64,000 nucleotides of DNA from the NCBI GenBank assembly GCA_051251855.1, contig JBPOGI010000006.1:32001-96000 (forward strand). Direction: 5' to 3'. Every line of letters starts with the position of its first letter. Positions within the stretch are counted from its first letter, which is position 1. Of the stretch, positions 8,660 through 18,692 are shown in pieces. The notes below the pieces were generated by a model. The model saw only the letters and a program-made list of their open reading frames with translations. It was not told the DNA's origin and ran no database searches. Position numbers and translations under genes: made by a program. Source of the DNA: Roseibacillus sp. GTDB taxonomy: Bacteria; Verrucomicrobiota; Verrucomicrobiia; Verrucomicrobiales; Akkermansiaceae.

Positions 8660-11600
8660 TTAGGACGATACAACTTCCTCGGAGCCAATCCAGCGGAAAG
8701 AAACCACGCGGAAGCGGCGTCCGAAACGCTCGTTCACTTCTGAAAGGGGAGGGCTGGAGTCCCCACGAGTAGGATGATCCGCGGGCTCGTTCGAATTGGA
8801 ATCGATATACTCGGGGTAGCGTTGGACGGTGGCTTCGCACCATGCCTCGGCAGTGACCCTTCCTTGGGGGTCGGTGCTCGAACCGTAGCTACGAATACGG
8901 AATGTATCTGAGCGTGCGGTAAGTGAGGGGGCCAATGCATGGAGAAGGTCTCCTTGCGTGAGAAAGCCGGGCGTGCCTGCAAGAGAAGAACCGGTAGCGG
9001 CTTCCAAATTTTGATAATCTCCCTGTCCAGCTTCTGAGTCTTCTTCGATGGTCTTGCCATCGTCGGTGAGGACTTCAGTATTAATGCCTGCATTGTCGAT
9101 GGCAGCTTGCAAGGCTCCGGTGGTTCCTAGCTCGGAGTCCTCGGCTCTGCGATTGACGAATTCGGAGAGGGACTGGAAGGGGCCGCGCTTCTTCACTTCT
9201 TCAACAATGTTTGCAGCAAGGGTCTCGATTTGTTCGTTGGTCAATTGCCGATGGCCGGTCCAAGCTGGGCGCTCTTCCTCGCCACCAAATTCATCAAGGT
9301 TACTTCCAAGGGTTTGTTCGATTGGGGTGAGGTAACGAGAGGTAGTGGGAGATTTTGCCTCGTTGTCGATGGTTCCCAAGCCGGGCTCACTGAGGTCGGA
9401 TAGGACGGGAATACTCTCTTGGTTCATAGCAGTGAGGAAGGCTTGCCAAGCGCGAACGGAGGTGGAGTTGACGTTGAAGGCACCGTCTTGCAAAAGATAG
9501 CTCGCCGCTTCTTCATAGGGTTTATCCACCGTGGAAAAGCTGTTGGCTTCGACATCACTGGCGAGACTACGAAGTCGAGGGTTGAGGGGAGCGATCTCGC
9601 CTTTCAAGAATTGCCCAAAGTCAACGCTGGCAGGAGCTCCTGAGAAGAAGGTGCTGTCGAAAAGGGCCTGGTTGGCGAGGAAGGAATGATCCAAGTAGCC
9701 AAGGGTCTCGTCGACGACTTGGTCTGGGGCGAGAAGGGGGTGGGCAAAGGAGTTGGCGAGCACCTGAGCTTGCAGAGGCTGCTTTCCGCTGCTGTTGAGG
9801 GGAGCGTGGCGAAACTGAGCCAATGAGGTGGGAGCGGCTCTGGGAAGCGAGGTGAAGGGGGCGAACACGCGCCCGGAGTCCACTCCAGGGGAAGGTCCAC
9901 CAAATCCTTGGTGACGTTCTCCAGGAGAGAGTTCAGGGAAGCCTCCATTCAGCCAGTCTCCTTGCACGGGTTGATAGGAAAACTCGTACTGCTGCGCAGC
10001 TAGGTCCTCTAATTGGTTCCCGGTTCCTGCTGCGGCGTAGATGGCAGCTGGGTTGTTGTGGATCCATGCTTTGGAAGGGAACTTGGAGCGATACGCTTCA
10101 TCGACTAGAGACTTGAGATGCAAGGTGGCGACGAGGAAAGGTTTCTTCATCACGGTTCCGCTGATCTGTCCTGTGCGACGGTCCACGGCGGTGTGACCGG
10201 TATCGATGGGAGCAGTCGAAATATCGCGAGGCTCGATAGGAAAGGTAGGAATGTCCCTGTCTGCTTGATAGGCTTCTAGGATTTCGGTGATGCGCTCGCC
10301 GTAGTCGAGCTCGATAGCTCCAAAATCTGGGATAGCTTGTTGCTCACTACCAGCGAGAATTTGTGAGTCGGCTGCGTCGGAACCATAACGGAGGTAAAAA
10401 TCGACGGCCTGATTTCCTGCGGTGACGAACCTTCCAATTTCCGATTCAGAGGGGCGAACTGAAATTCGAATGTTGTCTGCATCTTCGACGGGAAGTCCAG
10501 CGGTTCCATGGGGAGTTCCTCGTTTGTCTTTGTACTTGGCAGAGGGCACTCCGCTATCGTCGCGGAAGAGGTTCTCAGTGGAAATGCCTCCTACCTTGAT
10601 GGCATCCCGGCGCCCAGAACCCGGAGGGTACCAACCAGGCCTCATTTGAATGGCTTTACCCTCGTTTTTCGCTAATCCGATCGCCCAAGAACTCTGGTAG
10701 TCTTGAGCAGAAAAGACTCGATGCTCTCCTGGGAGAAGTTCGAAAGAACCTTCTCCTGACTCTGGCAAAATGCGCAAAGGGTAGGCGAAGGTTTCTTCTT
10801 TGTTTGCGCTTGGAGCAATAGCCATCACAAATTCGGTATACTCGGTAGGATTGGTAATCCGGGGGTTATCGGATTCGAAAAGAAAGGTGATGGGGATTCG
10901 ATAAAGAAAAACTCGGAAGGAGCTGACCTCTAGGGGAACGTCATAGGGGTTCCAAAGGGTGATCACGGGGTCGATGATCATGAGGGCTTGGGCATCCCAG
11001 TCGGATTGGTTTTTTCCGCCATCGCGGGCCCAATACCCTGTGCTTCCATTCCTGAGACCTGAGCCTGAGGCGAAAGTGAGAGAGAAGATGAACTGGGCCT
11101 TGGAAATGACGGGCGCGAGCTTCAGGGAATTGTGGTAAGAGTCCTTATCGGTTGGATCTGGGGCTCTGCGGTCAAATCCGTTGGGCCGATTGGGCATGGT
11201 GTTAGGTTCGCGCGAACGCAGTGTGCTGACCTTAAAGTTCACTTTGGGATTCTCTGTCTCGCCTCCAAAGACATCTTCGGGGATACGATGGAACTTGTGC
11301 ATCAAGTGCCACATCGGATCTGGGCTGGGCCAAAGATAGCGATGGCGGTCTCGAGCGGCGGCCTCCATCAGTGGAGTCTCGGCATCGGAATAGACGTGAC
11401 GGTTCTCATATTCCTCAGGGAGATCTCGTTGTCCTAAGAGTTGGCTCAGGTCGGTGCGGAGTCCGCCTAGGGCGGTGTCACTGAGGACACTGGAGGCATA
11501 AGGAGCGAGGTCATGGGAAAATCGCAAAGCCTGGGGAACTCCACCCAAGGTCATGGTGTCCAGGGAGATGAGCTTGCGGCGTTCATCGGGAGTGAGGTCT

Positions 11601-12370
11601 GCCAGTGTGGACCATTCCTTAACATTACCCCACGCGATTTCGCTCTGAGAGGCGAGAACTTCGAGCTCGGAGTATTCGTTGTTTTCAGGGGCGATTCCAT
11701 TGCCGGCCGCTTTTTGACCTTCATCAAGAACAGCCCAAGCAAATTGTCCGCTGGTCTTGCCGTCCGGTTGTCGGAGGGGAACGCGGTCGGCTTTTACTAA
11801 GGTGCTATCTGTTCCCCCTTTGTTAGGTACAAGGGTCACTTGGCTGCTTTGGGCTGCACGAGTGGCAAAGCCGACTTCACTGGCTTCCAATTCGTTTTCA
11901 GTAGAAACTAACCAGCGATAGAAGCCGCCATTGGGTTGCGTGAGATTACTGTTGTCTGGGTCCTCGTTTTCCGAAGGGACGCCGCTCTTGCGTTGGCTGT
12001 AGTCGCCGATGTTTGCGGGGTCTTGTTGCCAAGCGTTCCAAGCCCCCGCGATATGCTTCATGCCTTCGCGGACAGTGCCTTGATTATCCAAAATGGCGGC
12101 GTTGGCTGAGACGCGGGTATCCGGTCCCATCGTTCTTTGTAATTCACCAATAGCGATCTGCAGCCCTAAGCGCGCATTGGCTCGAGCCTTGAGCATATCG
12201 TTGTCGCTTTGCGAACTCCGCAAGACAGTGCTCGAGAGGCCGAGGAGACCAATCGCAATCAATGCTAGAAGCACCATCATAGTGACGGTGACGATCAAGC
12301 TGAAACCCTGATAGGATTCGAAAGTTGCTGTTTTTTTTCGAGTTTGGGTTTGGGTTGCAGAGATTTTCAT
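8660..12370 (-). CDS. Giant PilX/GspK-like prepilin protein (Verru_Chthon cassette A-like), 1236 aa
   Basis: QG|FSLIVTVTMMVLLALIAIGLL prepilin-type N-terminus, then ARANARLGL..AIGELQ...GPD.RV; C-terminal RSDTFRIRSYG...WCEA.VQR...FGRRFRVVSFRW. Confidence 0.8.
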   Translation of the reverse strand: MKISATQTQTRKKTATFESYQGFSLIVTVTMMVLLALIAIGLLGLSSTVLRSSQSDNDMLKARANARLGLQIAIGELQRTMGPDTRVSANAAILDNQGTVREGMKHIAGAWNAWQQDPANIGDYSQRKSGVPSENEDPDNSNLTQPNGGFYRWLVSTENELEASEVGFATRAAQSSQVTLVPNKGGTDSTLVKADRVPLRQPDGKTSGQFAWAVLDEGQKAAGNGIAPENNEYSELEVLASQSEIAWGNVKEWSTLADLTPDERRKLISLDTMTLGGVPQALRFSHDLAPYASSVLSDTALGGLRTDLSQLLGQRDLPEEYENRHVYSDAETPLMEAAARDRHRYLWPSPDPMWHLMHKFHRIPEDVFGGETENPKVNFKVSTLRSREPNTMPNRPNGFDRRAPDPTDKDSYHNSLKLAPVISKAQFIFSLTFASGSGLRNGSTGYWARDGGKNQSDWDAQALMIIDPVITLWNPYDVPLEVSSFRVFLYRIPITFLFESDNPRITNPTEYTEFVMAIAPSANKEETFAYPLRILPESGEGSFELLPGEHRVFSAQDYQSSWAIGLAKNEGKAIQMRPGWYPPGSGRRDAIKVGGISTENLFRDDSGVPSAKYKDKRGTPHGTAGLPVEDADNIRISVRPSESEIGRFVTAGNQAVDFYLRYGSDAADSQILAGSEQQAIPDFGAIELDYGERITEILEAYQADRDIPTFPIEPRDISTAPIDTGHTAVDRRTGQISGTVMKKPFLVATLHLKSLVDEAYRSKFPSKAWIHNNPAAIYAAAGTGNQLEDLAAQQYEFSYQPVQGDWLNGGFPELSPGERHQGFGGPSPGVDSGRVFAPFTSLPRAAPTSLAQFRHAPLNSSGKQPLQAQVLANSFAHPLLAPDQVVDETLGYLDHSFLANQALFDSTFFSGAPASVDFGQFLKGEIAPLNPRLRSLASDVEANSFSTVDKPYEEAASYLLQDGAFNVNSTSVRAWQAFLTAMNQESIPVLSDLSEPGLGTIDNEAKSPTTSRYLTPIEQTLGSNLDEFGGEEERPAWTGHRQLTNEQIETLAANIVEEVKKRGPFQSLSEFVNRRAEDSELGTTGALQAAIDNAGINTEVLTDDGKTIEEDSEAGQGDYQNLEAATGSSLAGTPGFLTQGDLLHALAPSLTARSDTFRIRSYGSSTDPQGRVTAEAWCEATVQRYPEYIDSNSNEPADHPTRGDSSPPLSEVNERFGRRFRVVSFRWIGSEEVVSS

Positions 12371-13013
12371 AGTGAGAATAGACCTTGAAGAGAACTGACT
12401 TCCTTACAGTAAGTGCTGTGAGGGTATGTTGTAAACACATGAATTTTGCCAAAAATGAGTGAGAAGGTGAACCGGCCTCTCTCTATTGAGACTGTAAATA
12501 ACTTTATCTAAGCGGGTTACGTGTTTTCAGGGTCAGGTGAAAATTTACGGATCTTCTTTCGAGAGGTTGAATGAAGGAGATGGCTGGTCTGGAGCAGTTT
12601 TTGGTCAACGGTAGATTTCTCTCTGATCTCCTATTCTCTAGAATCAGATCATGCACCTTAGGGCGCTTCTTCGTCCCGCATTATTAGCAATCCCATTTTT
12701 CTCAGCAGCTTCTCCGAACCCTTCTCGAACGGGCCTCTAGAGAAACGAGTGAACTTTTACCTAAAAATTCCGAGAAGACTGATCGGATGTTTTTTGCCAA
12801 CCTCAAAAAGACCTTAGCCAAAGTCAGGTGTTATGAAAGGAGTGGCGGAATCGGCATGCGAGGAAGTCACCCTTATTGCCAGAGAGGCCATCTTTTTGAT
12901 CACCAATACGGTTTTAGGGGCTCGCTATCTCTTGTTTCGCTAATTGTCTTCCGGATGACAGTGAGAAAATGCCCGACAAGAGAGTGGGCCATGATACGTA
13001 TCTCTCTATCACG

Positions 13014-14525
13014 ATGATGAAATCTATCCCAATCTTTCTGACTATTCTGGTATCGAGCAGTTCTTCCCAAGCGGCCATTGAGTTGCCGACTTTCTTTTCC
13101 GATGGCATGGTTTTGCAGCAGCAAGGACAGGCTAAAGTATGGGGGTGGCTTGAAGGAAAGGGAGAGGTGAAGGTTTCTTTTGGTGGCAAAGACCTGTCGT
13201 CGAAGACGAATGAGGAAGGTCGTTGGGAGGTGAACTTCGAAGGATTAGAGGCTTCGTCCGAAGGGCGAGAGATGACGATTACCGATGGACAGGAAAGCAA
13301 GGTCATCAAGGACGTGCTGGTGGGTGAGGTGTGGATCGCCTCAGGGCAGTCCAATATGGAGTGGACGGTTGACCGGAGCTTGAATCCAGCGGAGGAGAAG
13401 GCGGCTTCGGAAGATCCGCTATTGCGCGTTTATCTTGCTCCCAATGTGGCACAGGTGGAGCCGCAAATTGATTTCTCCGGAAAGTGGACGGCGGCCTCGC
13501 CCGCTACCACCGGGAAGATGACGGCAGTGGGTTACTTTTTTGCGCGCGATCTTCGAAAGGAACTCGGGGTGCCCGTTGGTGTCATTGAGTGCTCGTGGGG
13601 TGGCAAGCCGGTCGAATCTTTTGTGAGTGAGGAAGCGCTGCAGAAGTTGCCAGAGGCCAAAGTGGTGATTGATAAGAAAGCGCAGGCAGTGGCCAATTGG
13701 AACGAGGAGGAGTCGAAAGCGGCCTTCGAGACGCAGCTTGCGAAGTGGGAGGAGAACGGAAAGAAGGGGCGCAAACCACAGATGCGAGTGGAGCCTCTTT
13801 TGAACTCCAGCATGCACTCGACCATCTTCAACGGGATGATTGCGCCCATTGCGGGGTATGGAGCTCGAGGAGCGATTTGGTATCAGGGAGAGTCCAATGC
13901 CAACGGCGGCACTGCGAAAATTTACGAGGAGTTACTGGGTTGTTTGGTGGGCGATTGGCGCAAGCGATGGGGGACGGAGCTCTCCTTTTATTATGTGCAA
14001 TTGGCTAATTATCGTAAGGTGACTACAGAGCCGGGAGTTGAGAGCGATTGGGTGGTGGTTCAAGATGAGATGCGTCGTGCCCTTGATAGCATCAAGCGCA
14101 GTGGGATGGCGGTGGCGAATGATATTGGAGCTGCCAATGATATTCATCCTAAGAACAAGCAAGATGTCGGAAGCCGTCTCGCTCGTTGGGCGCTGGGCCA
14201 AGACTACGGTCGTGAGGATGTCGTGATGAGCGGCCCTCTTTTCCAAAAAGCGACCGAAAAGGACGGGCGCATGATTCTTTCCTTCGAACACAATGCGGGG
14301 ATGAAGTCTCGTGACGGTGGTCCGCTCAAGCGTTTTGAAATCAAAGCGGAGGACGGTGCCTGGATTTGGGCCGAGGCTCAGATTGAGGAGGGGAAGGTCA
14401 TTGTCTGGTCCGACAAGGTCGAGGACCCAGAGGCCGTTCGTTATGCGTGGGCCGAAAACCCCGAAGGAGCAAATCTCGTAAATGGAGACAACTTACCTGC
14501 GAGCTGTTTCACGACTGAGGAGTAG
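13014..14525 (+). CDS. Sialate O-acetylesterase (SASA/SGNH family), secreted
   Basis: LP..FSDGMVLQQ, VGEVWIASGQSNME, WYQGESNA, DIHPKNKQDVG.RLA, VRYAW. Confidence 0.92.
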   Translation: MMKSIPIFLTILVSSSSSQAAIELPTFFSDGMVLQQQGQAKVWGWLEGKGEVKVSFGGKDLSSKTNEEGRWEVNFEGLEASSEGREMTITDGQESKVIKDVLVGEVWIASGQSNMEWTVDRSLNPAEEKAASEDPLLRVYLAPNVAQVEPQIDFSGKWTAASPATTGKMTAVGYFFARDLRKELGVPVGVIECSWGGKPVESFVSEEALQKLPEAKVVIDKKAQAVANWNEEESKAAFETQLAKWEENGKKGRKPQMRVEPLLNSSMHSTIFNGMIAPIAGYGARGAIWYQGESNANGGTAKIYEELLGCLVGDWRKRWGTELSFYYVQLANYRKVTTEPGVESDWVVVQDEMRRALDSIKRSGMAVANDIGAANDIHPKNKQDVGSRLARWALGQDYGREDVVMSGPLFQKATEKDGRMILSFEHNAGMKSRDGGPLKRFEIKAEDGAWIWAEAQIEEGKVIVWSDKVEDPEAVRYAWAENPEGANLVNGDNLPASCFTTEE

Positions 14526-14551
14526 TGCCGCTCAATTGTGAGCTTCGTCTT

Positions 14552-15643
14552 TTAGTTTTGAGACGCCGTCTTGTTCTCAAGAAATAGGAGAAACTCCTTT
14601 TTGAGGGTGGAGGTCAGAAGTTCTGCTGCCAATTCGCCATCCATTGTTGTGGGATGCAATCCTTCCGGAGTGAGGCCGTTGGCATCCCATTGTGATTTGA
14701 CGACACTTCGAACTTTCTCCATTCGCAACTCGTGTGCCGCAGCCTCCTCGTCAGGTCGGACCCAAAAATCGGATGGATAGAGGGCATTGAAGTAATCGTG
14801 GAGTAGGGGCTTCGCCTCTTCGAGGCGCTTGGAGACTTGCAATTCCGATGTGCGGGAGGCCTCAACAAAAGCAACGAACTCGACAAACATTTGATGCTGA
14901 AGATTGGCTAAGAGGGGATGGCTCCGCATGCTGTGGGCTTCGAGGTTGGCGGGGATATAGCCGTTGATGAAAGTCGAGATTTCGTCTGCGGATAGGTCCG
15001 TTTGAAGTTCTTTAAGGACAAGAGTTCGGTCGCCCTCGTCGTTGGGAAAGTTCTGACGCTGGAGGATGCCAGTCGCGCTTTGGACGCGGGAGGTGCAGCC
15101 ATCGGGGGTGGTAAAAATGATGAAATCCCCATCGACGACATAGGTCGTGTCTGCATGGAGTTTTCGATAGAGCCATGGCATCTGAGGCTGGTAGCTAATG
15201 CTGAGTTGGGCTGCCATCGTGTCCTTGGTCATCGACAATGCTGGAGTCCAAGTGCCCAGGGGGCGCTCTTTGCCCCCGAAAAGAACTCCTGCCACTTTGG
15301 CGAGCGGGCCTAGAATAAGAGGAGCGTCTTTTAGGTGGAGTGCATTTTGACCACTCATCACGATGCCGAGTTGAGGGGTGATGGCTTGTAGAGGAGCTGC
15401 CACGATTTTACCATCAATAGAGAACTGAGTATGGACGGAGGCCATTTGGGAAGGACCATGATAGGAGATGGCGGCGGTGACAGTCTTGCCACCAGGAGCT
15501 TTGCCTTCGTAGGCAGCGAAGTAGCTTCCGAGCTTTTGATGACGTGCGAGGAGCTCCTCAAAGACTTCTTCGGTGGAGGGCTCGGCTCCTAGTAATGAAG
15601 TGGCGAGGGAGAGCAAGAGGCTCAGGGGGGCAAGGATCTTCAT
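14552..15643 (-). CDS. Secreted hypothetical protein
   Basis: 363-aa ORF with signal peptide MKILAPLSLLLSLATSLLG. Confidence 0.75.
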   Translation of the reverse strand: MKILAPLSLLLSLATSLLGAEPSTEEVFEELLARHQKLGSYFAAYEGKAPGGKTVTAAISYHGPSQMASVHTQFSIDGKIVAAPLQAITPQLGIVMSGQNALHLKDAPLILGPLAKVAGVLFGGKERPLGTWTPALSMTKDTMAAQLSISYQPQMPWLYRKLHADTTYVVDGDFIIFTTPDGCTSRVQSATGILQRQNFPNDEGDRTLVLKELQTDLSADEISTFINGYIPANLEAHSMRSHPLLANLQHQMFVEFVAFVEASRTSELQVSKRLEEAKPLLHDYFNALYPSDFWVRPDEEAAAHELRMEKVRSVVKSQWDANGLTPEGLHPTTMDGELAAELLTSTLKKEFLLFLENKTASQN

Positions 15644-15735
15644 CCCGCATTAATTAGCAGAGCGGGTAAGAATCACAAGCGAGACAGAGAAGAAGCGTGT
15701 AATCGGGGCTGCTTTCTATCAAAGAGTTGGAGGTA

Positions 15736-16326
15736 ATGAATTTTCCACTCGACTTCCGTTTTAAGATTCTCGCTTTTGCTCCTCAGGCCAACGTGACTGA
15801 TGCCACCGGCGCGCAGGTCTGTTATCTCAAGCAAAAGCTCTTTCGCTTTAAGGAAAAGGTGGAGGTTTACACCGATTCTTCGCGCAGCACTTTGGTGGCG
15901 ACCATTTCGGCAAACAAGATCCTGGATTGGTCGGCGCGCTACACCTTTCACGATGCGCAGGGGAACGAGATTGGTTCGGTGGGACGACGCGGGATGCGTT
16001 CGATTTGGAAGGCGCACTACGATGTCTTCAATCCAGGGGACGATACTCCAGACTTCGAGATTCGAGAAGAAAACCCATGGGCCAAGGTGGGTGACAGTTT
16101 CTTTGGAGAGATTCCTATCTTAGGTTTTCTCACTGGCTACTTGTTTCACCCTTCCTATCTCGCGAGTCGTACTGATGGATCGCCTGCATCTCGCTTGCTG
16201 AAGCAGCCTGCCTTCTTGGAAAGCAAGTTCGTGATCTCCAAGTTGGGCGACCTTTCAGCACAGGAGGAGCTGAACCTCCTTCTTTCTTTCCTGATGCTGA
16301 ATCTGTTGGAGCGACGCCGCGGTTAG
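15736..16326 (+). CDS. LURP-one/scramblase-like protein
   Basis: GGAGG RBS before ATG 15736; YLKQKLFRFKE.VEVYTD, ILDWSARY, GMRSIWKAHY. Confidence 0.7.
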   Translation: MNFPLDFRFKILAFAPQANVTDATGAQVCYLKQKLFRFKEKVEVYTDSSRSTLVATISANKILDWSARYTFHDAQGNEIGSVGRRGMRSIWKAHYDVFNPGDDTPDFEIREENPWAKVGDSFFGEIPILGFLTGYLFHPSYLASRTDGSPASRLLKQPAFLESKFVISKLGDLSAQEELNLLLSFLMLNLLERRRG

Positions 16327-16351
16327 ATCGCGACGTTGCTGGAGTAGCTAG

Positions 16352-17047
16352 CTACTGCTGGCTGGGGACGATGTGAACCTCGACGCGACGGTTTTGCGCT
16401 TTGCCCGCACTGCTGCTGTTGGAAGCGATGGGTTGGGTTTCGCCATAACCACGGGTGATGAGGCGTTGGCCATTGACGCTGCGACTAGCGAGGTAGTTAG
16501 AAACGCGGAGCGCACGTCGCTCGGAGAGGTTTTGGTTATAAGAGTTGCTGCCGTCTGAGTCAGTATGCCCTTCGACGGTGACCATGGTCTTATCAAATTT
16601 ATTCAGCACAAGCGCCACAGAATTGAGTGCGCCGGTCATCTCGGAGCGAAGAGCATCTTGGCCGACATCAAAGGTGATGTCTTGGGGCATATTGAGAATG
16701 ATGTTGTTACCTTCGCGGGTAACACTCACCCCAGTGCCTTCTAGTTGGCGTCGGATGAGGGCTTCTTGTTGGTCCATATATTGACCGATACCTCCGCCTG
16801 CTAACAGTCCAGCTCCTGCTCCAATGAGGGCTCCCCGTCCTGCATCGCCGTCGCCAGTATTGTTGCCAATGATAGCTCCTAAGCCAGCACCGACGAGGGT
16901 TCCGATTCCGGCACCAGCCGCGGTTTTCGAGATTTGCTGCTGACCTGTGTAAGCGTTGGTAGTGGTGCAATTAGACAGTCCAAGGACGGAGGCTGCTGCG
17001 AGGGCAGAGACTTTTAAAAGGCGGTGGGAGGAAAATGCTTTAGTCAT
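16352..17047 (-). CDS. OmpA-family lipoprotein with glycine zipper (YiaD-like)
   Basis: LSNC lipobox, Gly zipper, YMDQQE, EGHTDS.G...YNQ.LSERRA, GKAQNRRVE. Confidence 0.93.
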   Translation of the reverse strand: MTKAFSSHRLLKVSALAAASVLGLSNCTTTNAYTGQQQISKTAAGAGIGTLVGAGLGAIIGNNTGDGDAGRGALIGAGAGLLAGGGIGQYMDQQEALIRRQLEGTGVSVTREGNNIILNMPQDITFDVGQDALRSEMTGALNSVALVLNKFDKTMVTVEGHTDSDGSNSYNQNLSERRALRVSNYLASRSVNGQRLITRGYGETQPIASNSSSAGKAQNRRVEVHIVPSQQ

Positions 17048-17183
17048 CAAGATATTCTATCGGTGGTTCATGAAACGTCAATGGGGGTCCATGTATTCAT
17101 AGGAGATTCAAAATTCAATGACCACGGGATGGCTGGGAGAATTCTCTTTTGACATAGGAACGTGAAAGGTGAGCTTGGGTGTG

Positions 17184-17708
17184 ATGAAAATTCTTTCTTT
17201 GGGAGGTTCAACCAGTTCACAATCGATCAATCGTCAGTTTGCGGCCTATTCCGCTTCGCTTGTTCTTGGAGCTCAAGTTACGGATCTCGATCTCCGCTCT
17301 TTTAACGTCCCTCTCTTTTCAGTCGATGAGGAAGAGTCCCAGGGGATTCCTCAAGCAGCGAAAGATTTTCTGATTCAGATTGATGCCCACGATGCCCTTG
17401 TGGTTTCTCTGGCGGAGCACAATGGAAGCTACACCGCCGCGTTTAAGAATCTCTATGATTGGGCGTCGCGGGAGCGCTACGAGGTCTGGGGAGGAAAACC
17501 CATGATTCTCTTGGCGACTTCTCCCGGAGGCCGAGGCGGAGCCAGCGTTTTGGCGGCGGCGGAAGCGACCTTTCCACGGATGGGTGCTGACTTGAAAGGA
17601 ACCTTCAGTTTGCCCTCTTTTGGGGAAAATTTTTCGAAAGGGAAGGGCATTTTAGAGCAGAGCCTGCGAAGTGAACTTGAGGCGGTGATGGTGTTAATGA
17701 ATTCTTAA
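17184..17708 (+). CDS. NADPH-dependent FMN reductase
   Basis: GGSTSSQSIN, AEHNGSY.AAFKN..DW, ATSPGGRGG. Confidence 0.9.
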   Translation: MKILSLGGSTSSQSINRQFAAYSASLVLGAQVTDLDLRSFNVPLFSVDEEESQGIPQAAKDFLIQIDAHDALVVSLAEHNGSYTAAFKNLYDWASRERYEVWGGKPMILLATSPGGRGGASVLAAAEATFPRMGADLKGTFSLPSFGENFSKGKGILEQSLRSELEAVMVLMNS

Positions 17709-17867
17709 CAAATGCGTTACGGATAATGTTGAAGATGGGAAAAGGGCCGGTCTTTTAAAACGTGAAAAAAATGTCACGAAAAATGTTGCGCCTATCAAAT
17801 AGGCGGTTAGTGTTTTAGGAACGGGGCAGGTAAGTCCCGTTTGACCCAAAGAAAAATAAATAAACTG

Positions 17868-18581
17868 ATGAAAAATGTAACTGTTGTGTTTGCCCTCTGT
17901 GCTGCTGCTCTGACTTTGCCACTTCAGGCGGACACCGCCAATCTGGCTCCCTCTGCAGATGTTCAAAAGACCCTCACTCCTGATGGAGTATTGAAGGATT
18001 TGATGGCGGGCAATAAGCGTTTTGTAGCGGGCGAATTGACTGAGGCTAATGTTGAGGCGCGTATCGAGCAGACTTCAACTGGCCAGTATCCTAAGGCTTA
18101 TATTCTTTCCTGTGTTGATTCTCGTGTTCCTGTTGAGCAAGTCTTCGACCAAGGCATCGGTGATATCTTCGTTGGCCGCGTGGCGGGTAACGTCGAGGGC
18201 GTGGAGCAGTTGGGTTCCATGGAATTTGCATCGGCCGCAGCTGGCGTGAAGCTAGTTATGGTTCTCGGTCACGAGGCCTGTGGCGCGGTGAAGGGGGCTT
18301 GCGACCATGTGAAGTTGGGTAATTTGACTGAACTGTTAGCGGAGATCACTCCTTCCGTCGAGGCCGTGGAAGGCTTTGAAGACGACCAGAAGAATTCGAA
18401 GAATAAAGAGTTCGTAGCTGCTGTCGTCGAAGAAAACGTGCGCCAGACTGTTGCGGACCTGCGAGAGCGTAGCGAAGTGCTCGCTAACCTCGAGAAGGAA
18501 GGAAAAATCAAGATCGTAGGAGGTCTCTACTCTTTACACACTGGAGAGGTTTCTCTTCTTGAAGGCCTTGAGCCTAAGTAA
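17868..18581 (+). CDS. Beta-class carbonic anhydrase with signal peptide
   Basis: GNKRF, LSCVDSRVP, RVAGN, GHEACGAV zinc ligands. Confidence 0.95.
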   Translation: MKNVTVVFALCAAALTLPLQADTANLAPSADVQKTLTPDGVLKDLMAGNKRFVAGELTEANVEARIEQTSTGQYPKAYILSCVDSRVPVEQVFDQGIGDIFVGRVAGNVEGVEQLGSMEFASAAAGVKLVMVLGHEACGAVKGACDHVKLGNLTELLAEITPSVEAVEGFEDDQKNSKNKEFVAAVVEENVRQTVADLRERSEVLANLEKEGKIKIVGGLYSLHTGEVSLLEGLEPK

Positions 18582-18609
18582 TCTCATTATCTGGTAGATA
18601 ATATGGTGG

Positions 18610-18638
18610 AGCCCGAGTCTTAGGACTCGGGCTTTTTT
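18610..18638 (+). terminator. Rho-independent terminator
   Basis: AGCCCGAGTC-TTAG-GACTCGGGCT plus TTTTT. Confidence 0.9.
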
Positions 18639-18692
18639 GTGACGCCGTTCTAGGTTTGTGGTCATGCTCGAAAACAGGCAGAATTTTGAGAG

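Noticed and set aside
12371..13013. Sigma-54 promoter or hidden gene in the long intergenic region upstream of the giant pilin
   Set aside because: The best candidate, TTGGCAAAATTCATGT, has GT rather than GC at -12. The short ORFs here show no convincing features.
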